Origin: Octopus sinensis
Lineage: Eukaryota
Reading direction: 5' to 3'
Assembly: GCF_006345805.1 (NCBI RefSeq)
Contig: NC_043000.1
Span: forward strand, 59,272,001 to 59,336,000
DNA length: 64,000 nucleotides
Shown: positions 26,501 through 40,779 of the stretch, in pieces
Numbering within the stretch: the first letter of the stretch is position 1
Layout of the letters: each line of letters starts with the position of its first letter
Translations under genes and position numbers: made by a program
The notes under the pieces: generated by a model
The model's database searches: none
Told to the model about the DNA's origin: nothing
The model's input: only the letters and a program-made list of their open reading frames with translations

Positions 26501-26956
26501 TAATGTAGATAAGGGATGACAGTATAGAGAGGCAAAAGTCTATTTTGGAAGAAAAAAAAAAGTTGGGAGGCGCCACGAAGAGGTAAAGAGCGATGCATTA
26601 CCTGTCTCTTCGTTAATATTGTAATCATTTTTGGTCACTCAGTTTATTTGAAATAGCTGTCAAAGCCTCATAAATTACAATATGAAGTTTTAAAGAAGGA
26701 CAGAAATAGCTGCCAAATCCTCAAAAATTACAATATGAAGTTTTAAAGAAAGACACATCGAGTAATAAATATTGTTCTAAGATTCTTTAACACTTGAAAA
26801 ACAACATGGTTACGGTTGGAATAATTTGGTCACAGATCCTATTAAACTTTGCTGATCTTGGGGTAAACAGTAAAAACACACAAATCGAGCTACCTACCAT
26901 TCAAACCACCAATATAAGCAAGTTCATTGTACCCACCTCTATTCCTTCAAATTTTA

Positions 26957-27081
<125 letters not shown>

Positions 27082-27409
27082 TGCTCTAATACACTCGCAC
27101 GCATACAGAATAAAAAACATACACTACATGCTCTCACATTTCTTTAAATCATTCCGTGAGCCTCTCGCTTATCTCTCACAGTTGTCAGCCTTTTCGCTGC
27201 AAATCATTATTCAAATTCTATTGCAAGTATCTTCTTCCGTTCTCGTAATCACCATGTCTTCTTGACTACATAATATATATATATTCAGTATCTTGTATGC
27301 TACCTCGTTACTTTTCTCCATCCTCGTAAATCCACTCGGATATACTACGATTATAGAAACAATCATGATATCGATGCACAGCACATCGATTATCTCTAGA
27401 TTTATATTA

Positions 27410-28130
27410 CAATATGTATGTGTGTATTTACGCATGTGTGTGTGCGTGTGCGCGTACGCGTATGTATGTATATTTATATGTATGTTTGTGCGTGTGTGTA
27501 TGTATGTACGTATGTATGAATGTATGTATGTATGGAGGTTTGCATGCATGTATGTTGTTTGTATGTACGTTTGTCTGTATGCATGTATATTTGTATGTAT
27601 GTATGTATGTATGTATGTATGTATGTATGAATGCATGTATGCATGTATGTATTATGTATGAATGTATGTATGTATGGATGTATGTATGTATATATGTATG
27701 TATGTATTATATATGTATGTATGCATGCATGCATGCATGAATGTGTGTATATTTGTCTGTCTGTCTGTCTGTATGTATGTATGTATGCATGCATGCATGC
27801 ATGCATGTGTGTATGCATGCATGCATGCATGTGTGTATGTATGTATGTATGTATGTATATGTGCATGTATGTATGAATGTATGTATGTATGAATGTATGT
27901 ATGTATGGATGTTTGTATGCATGTATGTTGTTTGTATACATGTTTGTTTGTATACATGTTTGTTTGTATGCATGTATATTTGTATGTATGTATGTATGTA
28001 TGTATGTATGTATGTATGTATGCATGCATGCATGCATGCATGCATGCATGTATGTATGTATGTATGCATGCATGCATGCATGTATGTATGTATGTATGTA
28101 TGTATGTATGTATGTATGTATGTATGCTCG
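27410..28130. repeat. Compound (TATG)n/(CATG)n microsatellite field
   Basis: Interleaved tetranucleotide runs with an internal duplicated block. Confidence 0.95.
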
Positions 28131-28460
28131 CGTGCGCACGGGTTTGTGTGTATGCAAAAAAGAAAATATCAGTTCTACAGAGTATGGCAAAAATGTCCCA
28201 GATTCATTACTCTAGCTAAGAGCTTTCACATGAAGTTTTTTTTTCTGCTACATATTTCAATTATTCATTCCTACAGCTATTTCAGTATTCTTACATAACA
28301 TGACTGGCAATTACATGATTATAATTAGATTTAGCTATACTCATATACAACACGTGAGAGTCACATAATTTATTTGTCGTACGTAAGCACCACATCATTA
28401 ACTTCAATCCGTCTGTCTGTCTGCCTCTCTGTATGGCCACTTGCAAGAGAGGCCACAGGC

Positions 28461-28527
28461 CTAGGGTCTGAAGAAACGCCGTAAAGCTAAGCGCTTTATG
28501 GACGTGGAACCCTGGCTAACCCCATAG
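28461..28527 (+). ncRNA. Decayed extended type I hammerhead-like motif
   Basis: CTAGGGT-CTGAAGA-long stem II (TAAAGC/GCTTTA inner, ACGCC/GGACGT outer)-GGAA-CCCTGGC-TA-ACCCCATAG. Stem I pairs with a 2-nt bulge. Two core-region mismatches. Confidence 0.5.
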
Positions 28528-28600
28528 ACCAGCCATATCTATCTTTATATATTCTACTGCTCTATAACTTAGTGTGTTTCTTTCTCGGATTTATGTGTGT

Positions 28601-28656
<56 letters not shown>

Positions 28657-28664
28657 GTGTGTGA

Positions 28665-28990
28665 AGGTGTGTGGATTAGTAGTTACGGTATTTGGCTCAC
28701 GATCGCAAGGTTGCGAACGCGATACCTGTCGGTGTGTTTGTGTCCTTGAGCAAGACACTTTACTTCATGTTGCTTCAGTCTACCCAGCTAGCAAAAATAA
28801 GTTGTAACTGCAATTCAAAGTGCTAGCGTTGTCACATTTTGTGTCACGCAGAATCCTACAGGGAACGACGGTGAAGGGTACGTCTGTCTGTGGAGTGCTC
28901 AATCACTTGCACGTTATTTGGCGAGCAGGCTGTTCCGTTGATCGGATCAATTAGAACACTCGTCGTCCTAGTAAACGATGGAGTACCAAT
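28665..28990 (+). mobile_element. tRNA-derived SINE with a CORE/Meta-like central domain (type C)
   Basis: tRNA-like head followed by GTGTCCTTGAGCAAGACACTTTAC. Confidence 0.75.
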
Positions 28991-29061
28991 TATACATACA
29001 TACATACATACAACATACATACATACATACATACATACATACATACATACATACATACAAC

Positions 29062-29092
<31 letters not shown>

Positions 29093-29188
29093 ATATATAT
29101 CTATATATATATATATACTGTAAGTTTAGAGTGAATACTTGATAAGTGTAAGCACCTGTATACGCCAGATAGTGGCAGAGGTGAGAGA

Positions 29189-29319
29189 ATATATCAAGCA
29201 TAATTTAAAACAGAACACAAAAGGTATCGCGGTACACGTGTTTCAGATTGTTTATAAAGCTTGAAACACGTGTACCGCGATACCTTTTGTGTTCTGTTTT
29301 TAATTTATGTTTGATATAT
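29189..29319. repeat. Fold-back with 39-bp perfect arms containing the 3' half of a hammerhead-like motif
   Basis: 29207-29245 is the exact reverse complement of 29262-29300. The right arm reads GAAA-CACGTG-TA. Confidence 0.9.
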
Positions 29320-30299
29320 ATATATATAGTTAATCCAAACAAGAAAACACAAAAAAAACACAGCAACGCGAGGACGTGGAACAAATAAAGTATTATTGGA
29401 CGCTCATATATATAATACCAGTTCAGTATTGGAGTTGTTTCTCCTCTTTATCATTTTCCTTCTTTGTTTTTCTGCATGCCTCAAGAAAAATCAGTTGCTG
29501 TGAAATCAGAAGAGGGCTGACGTAAAGGTATATACTATTACTTCAAAACTTTCAACGTCACGCTCTCATTAAGCTATTTAAGTAAATCATAACAATCATA
29601 AAGATAACAACAATTATATTAATATTCAATAAAACACCATTCACAACTCTATTATATAATCTTCTTAATTCTTACAAATATCCATTGACCTAATATTTTT
29701 AATCAACCTATACCCATTAACTTTACATTTATTTTACTAACATTCTTTATTAATAATAAAAATGGATAACCACTCAAGGATATAAATCATATTTTACTGT
29801 AACACCAATATACCAACCCATATTTAATTTTCCTATTCTCCTCACTCCAGGATTTTAATTGCCCGAGACACACTATGTAATGACGGTGACCCTACCACGC
29901 CCTCAGGAATTAGGAATCAAAGAAAAGATGCATATGAGTGCGTGCGTTTGTCTATCTATCTATCTATCTATCTATCTATGAAAATTAGGGTTATGTAACA
30001 CCCCGTACCACTCGCATACACCCCCTGAAATTAAATACCCTAATTTTCTATACTAAACATATAATCTCTAACATATATATGCTAAATTGCTTATGGATAT
30101 GAAACATTTGATCATATTTCACTATAAAAACCTTGTTTAAAACATCTGATGAGTAAAGATAGCAAAAACATTGAAATATAAGTCAATTGGTAGGTAGGTA
30201 CCCATCCAACATGTTAAAATTACGACTTTTCAATGTGTTAAATGAATTTTTTTAAGAAAATGTATACGTTGTTAAATGATTTTCTTTTGTTTTTCAGAT

Positions 30300-30930
30300 T
30301 CTTTCAAAGCTAACTTGTATTATAATTTTAGAAAAATACCGACATAAATTTAAACTGTAATAATTTAAGTATATAAGATTATATACTAGAAGTAAAAACC
30401 GTCATTCAGCATTTGGATTTCCTGCAGAATTTCCACAGCAATGACCACATCAAAAGCTGATGTATACATAATAAAATGTGAAGAACAGATATCAAAAACT
30501 TCACCCATAGTGAAAGAATGCTACTGGATTATTGCTGCAGTTGTACAAGCAATATGGGACAAAGTTTCTTTTCGTTATATTGGGTTTGAGGGAATAGCTC
30601 TAACAATTGAGAGATTGATTGAATCTGTTTATAAATTCAAGCAAAGAGGAGATAGTTTTGATAAGAAATTAGAGGAGTTCAATGAAATGTTTGAGACATG
30701 CACCTGCACGTGTTATGACAAAAAAATAAAAAAATAAAAGATCTGACTGTCATAGCTAATACCTTTTCTTTGTCATAGCTAAGGAGTCGAGCATGCTATC
30801 AATTTAGTGACAAACGCTTCTGAAGTCAGAAAAGGCTACGAAAATAGGCACAAATTTATATTAAATGTACAGGAATCAAGACAAAGTTTACCTCACATTG
30901 ACTGGAAAAAGCAATGGTCATTTAATTAAA
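30300..30930 (+). mobile_element. Internally deleted hAT-like (hATm-like) transposase remnant
   Basis: ORF 30441-30737 has V.AIWDK.S...EMFETCTCTC, followed by xGVEHAINLVTNASEVRKGYENRHKFIL, resembling the C-terminal VERAVKLVTEAS motif. Family assignment is from memory. Confidence 0.55.
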
Positions 30931-31019
30931 TAGTAAATATTATTAATGCTTATTTTATGGTGTTCACTGTTCATGTATTTCGTTTGAGGTTCGTGCATAG
31001 TTTTTTTTTCTATTGCATA

Positions 31020-31150
31020 CTAGCAGTATAACCCGACTTTGCCCGGGATTAAGTTACGATTATTAAGCTAATCAAATTCTTTATTTCAAACCAAACTAAG
31101 TAATATCGACGTCAAATTTGGGCGAAATCCGTTGAAATTGGTTTATATAT
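31020..31150 (-). mobile_element. Short non-autonomous Helitron remnant (3' end)
   Basis: Minus strand ends CCCGGGCAAAGTCGGG-TTATACTG-CTAG|T, a GC hairpin followed by CTAG. Confidence 0.7.
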
Positions 31151-31416
31151 ATATAACGTGGAGTAGATGAAACAAAGGCGACTGAAGAAGGGGAATTTTC
31201 CTTGTTTTGTATGTCCTGTACTCTATTTTTTCGTTGTTTAAGAAAAATGTCCATTTCCTTGGTTTTGTGTTTATGTTTTCGTTTCTCATTATGTTCGACG
31301 TTTTTTTGGTGTCCTGTACCCATATATGCATGTATATATACATGTAGACGCAGGTACGTACATATATGTATGTATATATGCATATGTTTTATTTATTTAT
31401 TAATTTATTATATATA

Positions 31417-31581
31417 GGCGTAGGAGTGGCTGTGTGGTAAGTAGCTTGCTTACGAACCACATGGTTCCGGGTTCAGTCCCACTGCGCGGCACCTTGGGCA
31501 AGTGTCTTCTACTCTAGCCTCGGGCCGACCAAAGCCTTGTGAGTGGATTTGGTAGACGGAAACTGAAAGAAGCCTGTCGTA

Positions 31582-31654
<73 letters not shown>

Positions 31655-31872
31655 TTTGTGTGTTTGTGTGTCTGTGTTTGTCCCCCTAGCATTGCTTAAC
31701 AACCGATGATGGTGTGTTTATGTCCCCGTTACTTAGCGGTTCGGCAAAAGAGACCGATAGAATAAGTACTGGGCTTACGAAAGAATAAGTCCCGGGGTCG
31801 AGTTGCTCGATTAAAGGCGGTGCTCCAGCATGGCCGCAGTCAAATGACTGAAACAAGTAAAAGAGAAAAAAA
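31417..31872 (+). mobile_element. Full-length tRNA-derived SINE (type A) with internal (TA)n expansion
   Basis: A box TGGCTGTGTGG, B box GGTTCAGTCCC, core, microsatellite, and tail GGCGGTGCTCCAGCATGGCCGCAGTC...AAGAGAAAAA. Confidence 0.93.
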
Positions 31873-32952
31873 AGATATATATAATATAATATAATATAAT
31901 ATAATATAATATGATATAAATATATATGGGCAACACACACACACACACGAACACACATACACACACGTACGTACGTACACCTCTTGCATATATGTTTTGT
32001 GCACGCGTACATGTTCATAAACAGAAATGAATGGAAAAAATGTTGGTAAATTTGTAGATTAACACTCGCACGATTTTCATTAAGAAAAAAAGATCGTTTT
32101 TTTTGCGTGGAATCAACTACTCTGGAATCCTAATATGCTACAAAACCCTTTTTGTGATCCGAAAAACGGAGTGGGGTGTGGTGGAAGCCTCGGAAACTGT
32201 AACCATTTATATTGTGTAATTCACTGACAAATTGTTACCTACCTCTTTGTTTCTTTGTTGTTAAATAAATGGATTCTGAACAAAACATTTTTCCTCGGCG
32301 TAAAATAAAAACAAAACTTCTTCGCGCCCAAAGTAATGTGTGTATGAGAGAGAGGGGGGGGGAAGATGAACGATTTAAAATAAATATATTTTAATTGTTG
32401 TGTGAGGAGGTATATATAATTGATAATAAAATATATTGTCTTTCAAAAACATCCTAAATTTGAAGACTATATCTCGTGTTTAAGAAAAAACAAAACATTT
32501 TACATTTTTATTTTTTATGAAGGCTGTCACTTACTCTTCCTCCCACCTCTCTCTCTCACTTTGTCTTTACCCTTTTTTTGTTAGACGCTGTCAAACTCTC
32601 TCCACTCTCCTTTACACATACTTTTTCTTTACTTTTTTTTGTTAGACGTTGTGAAACACTCTCTCTCCCTTACACACACATACATCAACATATATCTTCT
32701 CTCTCTCCTTCACACAGACACTTTCGCTTGGCTATGGCTAGAAGGGACTTAACTCATATTAGCAACCTTCAAAATTGGTAAAAGCTATGGTTCAAAATAG
32801 ATTTTTACCGCTATCCGCAGCTGCCTCGGGAAAAAATAAGTTGACAAAACCCATGTAGGATAGTGACGAATGTCCTCCTAAAATTGAAGCGACATGCGTG
32901 CTATTTTGTGGACGTGCATAAATTACATTCACGTACACACACACACACACAC

Positions 32953-32993
<41 letters not shown>

Positions 32994-33949
32994 CCTGCCT
33001 TTTATAGATACAGATAATTATCATTCAGAATTTACATCTTTTTTTAACGTTGGAAGAGCTTTTCGGAATATGGGATATTTTTCATTGTTTAGTAGTAATT
33101 GCTGAGAGAGACAGAATGATGTTGTAAGAGAACAGAATTAGAGTTAGAGAGAATTATAGGGTGTTGTCTCACAGTTGCTTTCTCCCTCTGACCAAGGTTG
33201 GTCAGCCAGACCTCGTTGAGTCGTCACGGGTTGGTGACTGAGTTGTTACTGCAGTGACTAACCCCTTTTTGCTTGGGATGTGCTTGCTTATATTAAGATC
33301 CAGAAGGATAGATATATCATTGAGAACAATAGATTTAGTTGGTGGTCTTGTTATCTATTCTTGCTTTTGGTGAAGTAGAAGAGGTTAGAAAGGGTCAAGT
33401 GGTGAAGACATTATAGCAGCCTAGCTAAAGGCATCTGGTTAATATAAAACTGCTGTCAGAGAAAAACCATTGTTCTATCATGTGAAAAGTTTTTTTGTCG
33501 TGTTGATTTAAATTTGGCTATGTTGGATCGAATCCACTTCATGCATGCAATATTCGATATATGTATATACACATACATACATTCTTCCATACACGCATAC
33601 GCATATATAAATATATAACTATATAACAATATATTGCTCTAACATAGTTTTGAACTTTTACACTATACCGTCTCAAGAGTGGAACGATTGTCATGTCCGC
33701 TTCGTTAATGTCTCATTAACATTCTTACTGTCAGAAACACGAATGTTCACACTTTCGCGTGTTTGATATCTCTGAGAAATTCTCATCAAATTATTTAGCA
33801 ATGTCAATTTGGATGTCAAACAGACTTACAAAATTTAATTACCGAAAATATCAACCTATATAAAAATGCTAATGAGAAATTACAATGTTTTAATAAAAAT
33901 TGTAATTATTAAATTAGTTATTCAGTTATTCATAGAAACCGTAATACGC

Positions 33950-34505
<556 letters not shown>

Positions 34506-34707
34506 CGTGTCTGTTTGTCTGCATATCGTTTTATATACATTGTCACTGATGTTTCCTAAAAGGTTAGTATAGTAATGCAACCATCTGAAGTCTCGAAAAG
34601 GGAGTTCAACTTAAACAAACCAAATGATCTCCTTACATGCATTAAGTTCTCTTCCTCATTTATTCGACAATAATCAAAATAATCAATGCTTTAACTGTAT
34701 ACAGATT

Positions 34708-34788
<81 letters not shown>

Positions 34789-34840
34789 CACACACACACA
34801 CAAGGGGGTACTGAAAAGTTGCTGGCTTTGGGTATGAGTG

Positions 34841-34886
<46 letters not shown>

Positions 34887-35196
34887 GTATGGATGTCTAT
34901 GTTTACGTATATACATCGTTGCTATTATGTTAAACTGTTGTATGTCCAAATTTGGCCAAATGCATTTTTTTCAATATTTATTTTTGCTTGCAAAAGCCGG
35001 TTCTTTTGGTCAGACTATCGTATCTCCAGCTGCTTCATATGCCAAGATATCAAAAATTGTCAAAGTGTAGTACAACGGTATTGTTATGGAATGGTGTTAC
35101 AAATTTTCCGTTTTCTGAAAAAGCAACGTTTTGGACTTACGACACTTTTGCGTAATACACGTATGAGTGTCAATGTGTACGTATGTATGTATGTAT

Positions 35197-35232
<36 letters not shown>

Positions 35233-35249
35233 GTATATATATAGTTTTC

Positions 35250-36045
35250 CTCTGACCTACTTCTGAAGGACTGTGATGAACAAAATTTGTCATAATTATT
35301 AGTTCTTCTCTACATAGCCACCACCAATGGTGACACACTTATCTCATCGCTTTATGCAACTGTGACGACCTCGTTTGTAGAAGTCGGTAGGTTTGCATCT
35401 GGAGCCAAGACTTTACCTCGGAAATAAGTGATTCCCCTTCAAAAAAGACTTCATTGTTCGAAAGAAGTGGAAGTCAGATGATGCGAGGTCGGGAGAGTAA
35501 GGGCTATGAGGAAGGATTTCATAGTTGCAGGAGTATGCTTTCATCTGGGTAACATGCACATTGTGAATTGAGGCGTTGTCTTAGAGGTGGTGAACTCCTT
35601 TGGTCAGCATGCCATGCCTTTCTGTTTTGATGGCGTCCTGCAATTTCTGCAGCAGGAAGCATAATATGTCCCGTTAATTGTGGTGCCCTTCGCTAGAAAA
35701 TCCATCATCACTACTCCACACTGGTCCCAAAAGACTGTGGACATCACCTTACCTGCTGAGGGCTGGATACGCGCCTTCTTTGGAGGTGATGTTTCATCCT
35801 GGGTGATAAGTCTGCCAAAAAAGTCCTCATTTTCTTGGCACATTGCCAAATGAGTCTGGACGCAAGTGACTCGTTCCTGCTCTTGAAAAGGTGTGAGCAT
35901 CCGGGGAAATCCATCTTGCAGACAACTTCCACATGTGCAAATGGTCGTGAATGATTTTTCCACGGACCCTACACTTATCTTCACTTCTTGAGCTAGTTAC
36001 CGAATAGTTATGCGGCGATCCTCCAAAATGGCGGCTTCCACTTTA
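35250..36045 (-). mobile_element. Decayed mariner transposase (catalytic half)
   Basis: LITQDET, KVMSTVFWDQCGV, DNAS.H, PYSPDLASSDFHFF, W.KCV...GGYVEK. Confidence 0.9.
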
Positions 36046-36560
36046 TGGATACTCATGATAATCAAAATAATAGGAACATGAGACATCTATCCATGAATAA
36101 TCCAACATCTGAAGTTGACCCTCCTACGTGTAATTGTAGAATCAGGTCAAAATGCCCGGCACCTGGTCTATGCGGGGTAAATAACGTAATCTATAAATGT
36201 ACCATAACTACTGAGAATAACAATTTCTTTTTACATTGGTTGTACTGTAAATTTTAAGGAAAGAGTTAGAAAATCTCTTCAATCTCATCTTTAACTTATG
36301 TCATAAAGCTGGTACCACCACGCTTTCAATAAGATCTGGCAACTCAAAAATAATAATAGTAATTATAACCTTAATTGGGAAATAGTTAGAAGAGCAATGC
36401 CGTATAAAAATAATAGGGTTGGTTGCCAACTCTGCTCCATGGAGACGTATGAAATTCTAATGCATAGAAAAAATAAGAGTTTGTTAAATAACCATATAGA
36501 ATTAGGTCAATTTTGTGTTCACGGAAAATTGAAGACTCTAAAATATTTTAAATGAATAAC
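36045..36560 (+). mobile_element. Penelope-like GIY-YIG endonuclease remnant
   Basis: CNCRIRSKCP..GLC...NVIYKC.IT, a frameshifted YIGC, then KIWQLK..NY.LNWEIV..A.PY....CQLC.ME.YEI. Confidence 0.85.
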
Positions 36561-37337
36561 CGTATAGAATAATCGTAAGGAGTTAGATAGATAGATCTAG
36601 CTTGTTTTTTACTAGTAAAGCATAACTTTAATATATTTTTTAAATAGATATCTGCGAACTGTTACATTATGGTTATCTCTTTCTTTATAACTGTACCTGT
36701 TTTTGAACACATAGAAACAAATAGTACTTGTAAGTTGCTTAAATGAAGTTTTAATTGACTTTATAATTTTAAATTTAAATTTTTAATTTAATCTAATTTT
36801 TAATCTAATTTAGGTAACACAACTTAAATAAAATAAGTTAATAATACTTCATAATTCTATTACAAAATTTAATAAGTAATGCTACTCCCTTGAAAGTAGT
36901 ATAAGAAATTTCAATATAATAAGCAATTCCCTCACACCTTGTAAACTGACTCCTAAGTATAAACCTATAGTCTGTCAATGTATAGATAGTAACAGCAACA
37001 ATATAATACAGTAACAGTAATAAATAAATAAAATTAAATGACCTCTTTTCTAGTATTGCACTTATTTTCTCTTAATTTATTTCCCTTTAATGATAGCCTT
37101 TGACCCCTCAATCCCTTACCCTGTTCTCTCTTTAGATTCTCATATCGGCTTTAACTATGTCAGGTTGGCAATTAATAGCTGTTTACTGGTCAAAAATAAT
37201 ATTCTCCTTATAGTTCTTAGATTCCTGCAAATCCTTAGCCAGCCTGACCGTCTCCATATTTAAGAGACTTTTTTCTGTGTAGAGGGTTACCTGCGACCCT
37301 TTCCCATCTCAGTTGTCACAGTATACTCTATGTGGGC

Positions 37338-37535
37338 GATTTTTCTTTTTCTTTTCTTTTTTCTTTCTTCTTTCTTCTTTTTTCTTTTTTCTTATTTTCT
37401 TTTTTTTCTTCTCTTTTTTCTTTTTTCTTTTTTTCTTCTTTTTTCTTTTTTTCTTTTTTTTTTTCTTTTTTTCTTTTTTTTTTTTTTTTTTCTTTTTCTT
37501 TCTCTTCTTTTTCTTCTTTCTCTTCTTTCTTTTCC
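37338..37535. repeat. ~200-bp near-pure polypyrimidine (T/C) tract
   Basis: Direct inspection. It is the source of the poly-K and poly-F ORFs. Confidence 0.97.
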
Positions 37536-38294
37536 ACAAAATTCCTTCAGCCTTTAGAAGTCATAACATAGCAGTTTTGTGAGAGAACAGTAATGTGGCA
37601 AATACCTTATTATATAGCATGAAATTACACCCACCTCATTGTGTATTAACCATGGATAAATTCATCGTCTGTGAGTATGAAATACCTCCTCATATCTCTG
37701 GAAATTTACACCTACACTATGGCTGGATTAAACTCTCTGTGAACTAATAAACTTTTTTAAACCTGTGAGGACTGTGCATCATCATTAAAGAACTTTGGAA
37801 GTCTGTTTACAACCTGAATCTGCTTTTAATGAAATTATCTCCAATACTTCATGAGTGTAGCCTCACCCACTAAGATGTTTAGAGAACTCATATATTTTAG
37901 CTGATGAGTACAGGACACTTTTATCTGCTGCAATATTTGCAACTTTTAATAAAGCCTGTCCTTGTATGAAACAATTGTACTAAAAATAATCCAATTCTTG
38001 TTGCTTCTTTTCTCGTTTATAATCACCCCACACTACTGTATTGGTTAACACCATATAGTTTTCTGTGCATCTAAGTTAAGTACCATATTCAAGTGAATTC
38101 ATTAGAATTGACTTGAATCTTATTTGCTTTTATTGTATATATATATATATAATATATATAGATATATGCATATAATATACATATATGTATACATACCTAC
38201 ATATAGGGAGAATTCACGAAAAAAACAAAGACGAAGACAGGTGGTGTAGAAAATAAACAGATGTATTAGTATAACGTACGGGAATTGGAAAAGT

Positions 38295-38328
38295 CTTTTA
38301 CGTTTCGAACCTACACTTCCACAGAAAG
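38295..38328 (-). ncRNA. Degenerate minimal hammerhead-like motif in a PLE-type tail fragment
   Basis: CTTT-CTGTGGA-AGTGTAGGTTC-GAAA-CG-TA-AAAG. Stem I and the GUA triplet are present. The core A6 is substituted. Confidence 0.35.
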
Positions 38329-39079
38329 GAACACAGAAAGAAACGAGGAGAGAAAAAATGTGTGTAGTGGCTATCGATCTATCATGGCGACTCAGTATAT
38401 ATATATATATGTATATATACAAGCATATATGGGTATATATATATGTATATATACATGCATATATGGGTTCAGGGCGTCAAAAAACGTGAACAAAATGAAT
38501 AACGAGAACATAAAAAAACGAAAACATAGAAAACGAACTTTTGTTTTTGAACAACGAAAGAAACAAACAGAGAAACGTGACAGGTAACATAAAGAGCAAT
38601 CCCTTCATCAGTTGTCCCCTGTTTATCTACTCCGCGTTTCAAACGTTGGGTCAAGACGCGACTTCGTTAAAACAGTCGTTCCCGCAAAGCAAATTAAATA
38701 AAATTTGGGATTTGTGGAGGTTAAAGTGGTAACAAAAACAGGACAGTAAGAACAAAACAGTAAAAACAAAACAGTAAGGGCTATTAAGCCATTACTAGGT
38801 GAAATGGTGAACTCTGGAGAAACAAGCTTGACAGGAGACAGGCAAAAGCGAGTTGTCTTTTGTAAAGCAAGAGGGAAAAAGAGAGAGATAGCCGCTGGGC
38901 ATGTGAGAGAAAATCATGGAGGAAGAGTGAGGGAGAGAGAGGGAGAGAAAGAGAACGGTGAAGGGAGGAGGAGGAGAAAGACAAAAAGAAAGAAGAATAA
39001 AGGGGGAGAAGAGAGATACTTGTAGAGTGCGCATCAGAAAAATTATGATAAAACTTACTTGGAAATGGATGCGTGGCGT

Positions 39080-39144
39080 TCAATCATATAATATAATATA
39101 ATATAATATAATATAATATAACTATAATATAATATAATATAATA

Positions 39145-39194
<50 letters not shown>

Positions 39195-40400
39195 GCCTAC
39201 ACACATACATACACACATACATAAACACACACACATACACATACACATACATACGCACACATATACTTACACACATGCACACACACACACACGTACATAC
39301 ATACATACACCCATACACATACACACACACATACTTACATACACCTATACGCACATACATACACACAGACATACACACATACACACTCACACATACATAC
39401 ACACACACATACTTACACACACACTCACCTGCACGCGCACACACATGCATGACACACCCATACACTCACACTCACATACACACACACCAACATATACACG
39501 CACACATACACGCACACACACACCTACACTCGCACACACATACATACGCACCTACATACACACACACACGCATACACACGCACACACACGCATACATACA
39601 TATATTACATACGTACACACACACCTGCGTACACTCATACCCTCACCCATACATACACACACACACACATACACGGACACACCCATACATACATACATAC
39701 ATACATACATACACCTATACACACACACATGCATACACACACATACATGGACACACCCATACATACATACATACATACATACACCTATACACACACGCCC
39801 ACACACCTACATACACACACATGCATACACACACATGTACGCACATACACACACATATACGCACATACATATATACTTACACACATGCACACACACACAC
39901 ATACATACGCACATGCATGCATGCACACGCGCACACCTACACGCATGTACGCATACATGCATACACACACACACACACGCACGTACACACACACACACAC
40001 ACACACACATACATACACCCATACACATACATGCATCCTATACACACAGACATACACACTCACACATACATACACACTCACACATACATACACACACACA
40101 CTCACACACTTGCATGCACGCGCACACACATGCACATACACACACTTCCACACACACACACGTACATACATACACACTCATACACATACACACACACATA
40201 CACACGGACATACATCTATACACCCACATATACACACACATACTTACATACATTCATTCGGACACACTGACACCCAGACATACACACAGACACACTCACA
40301 CATCCACACACACGCACATACTTACACACACACATCGCACGCGCGCACATACAGCATGTGCGCGTTCGCGCACGCATACACACATGCATGCACCACACGC
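39080..40400. repeat. 1.3-kb degenerate CA/TA-rich low-complexity field
   Basis: Source of the 294-439 aa His/Thr ORFs. Confidence 0.95.
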
Positions 40401-40779
40401 CCGTGGGTACCGACTAGATCTCCTGTTTCGTATCTGGGGCCGGCGTGTTTCTTGGGGGTTCTCTTACGCCTGTCACACGCGGGAGCACTTTTCCATCTTT
40501 CCCCAGTTGCAGTTTGTTTCCTTAATACCACCCCCCCTTTTGTACACACACGCAACACCATACATACACCCCACTCCCACGCACTCCACACACACATATT
40601 TGCATATATATAATATACATTACACTTACACACACTTCAATTTACTTGCCATACATACAACTACGCACCTGGACACACACCACACTACCACTCACACAAC
40701 ACACTGGCACGTTACATACGCTCACCCATTTCCCCATTCCTTCCCCTCCCTCCTTTACCACTGACTACTCACTTGCTAC

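Noticed and set aside
29981-30047. 11-bp inverted repeat AAAATTAGGGT/ACCCTAATTTT as a mini-transposon
   Set aside because: Too short, no clear TSD, and its link to the nearby hAT-like remnant cannot be shown.
30146-30183. Hammerhead-like CTGATGA...GAAA...GTC
   Set aside because: Core spacing and triplet fit, but stems I and II barely pair. At best a very old fossil.
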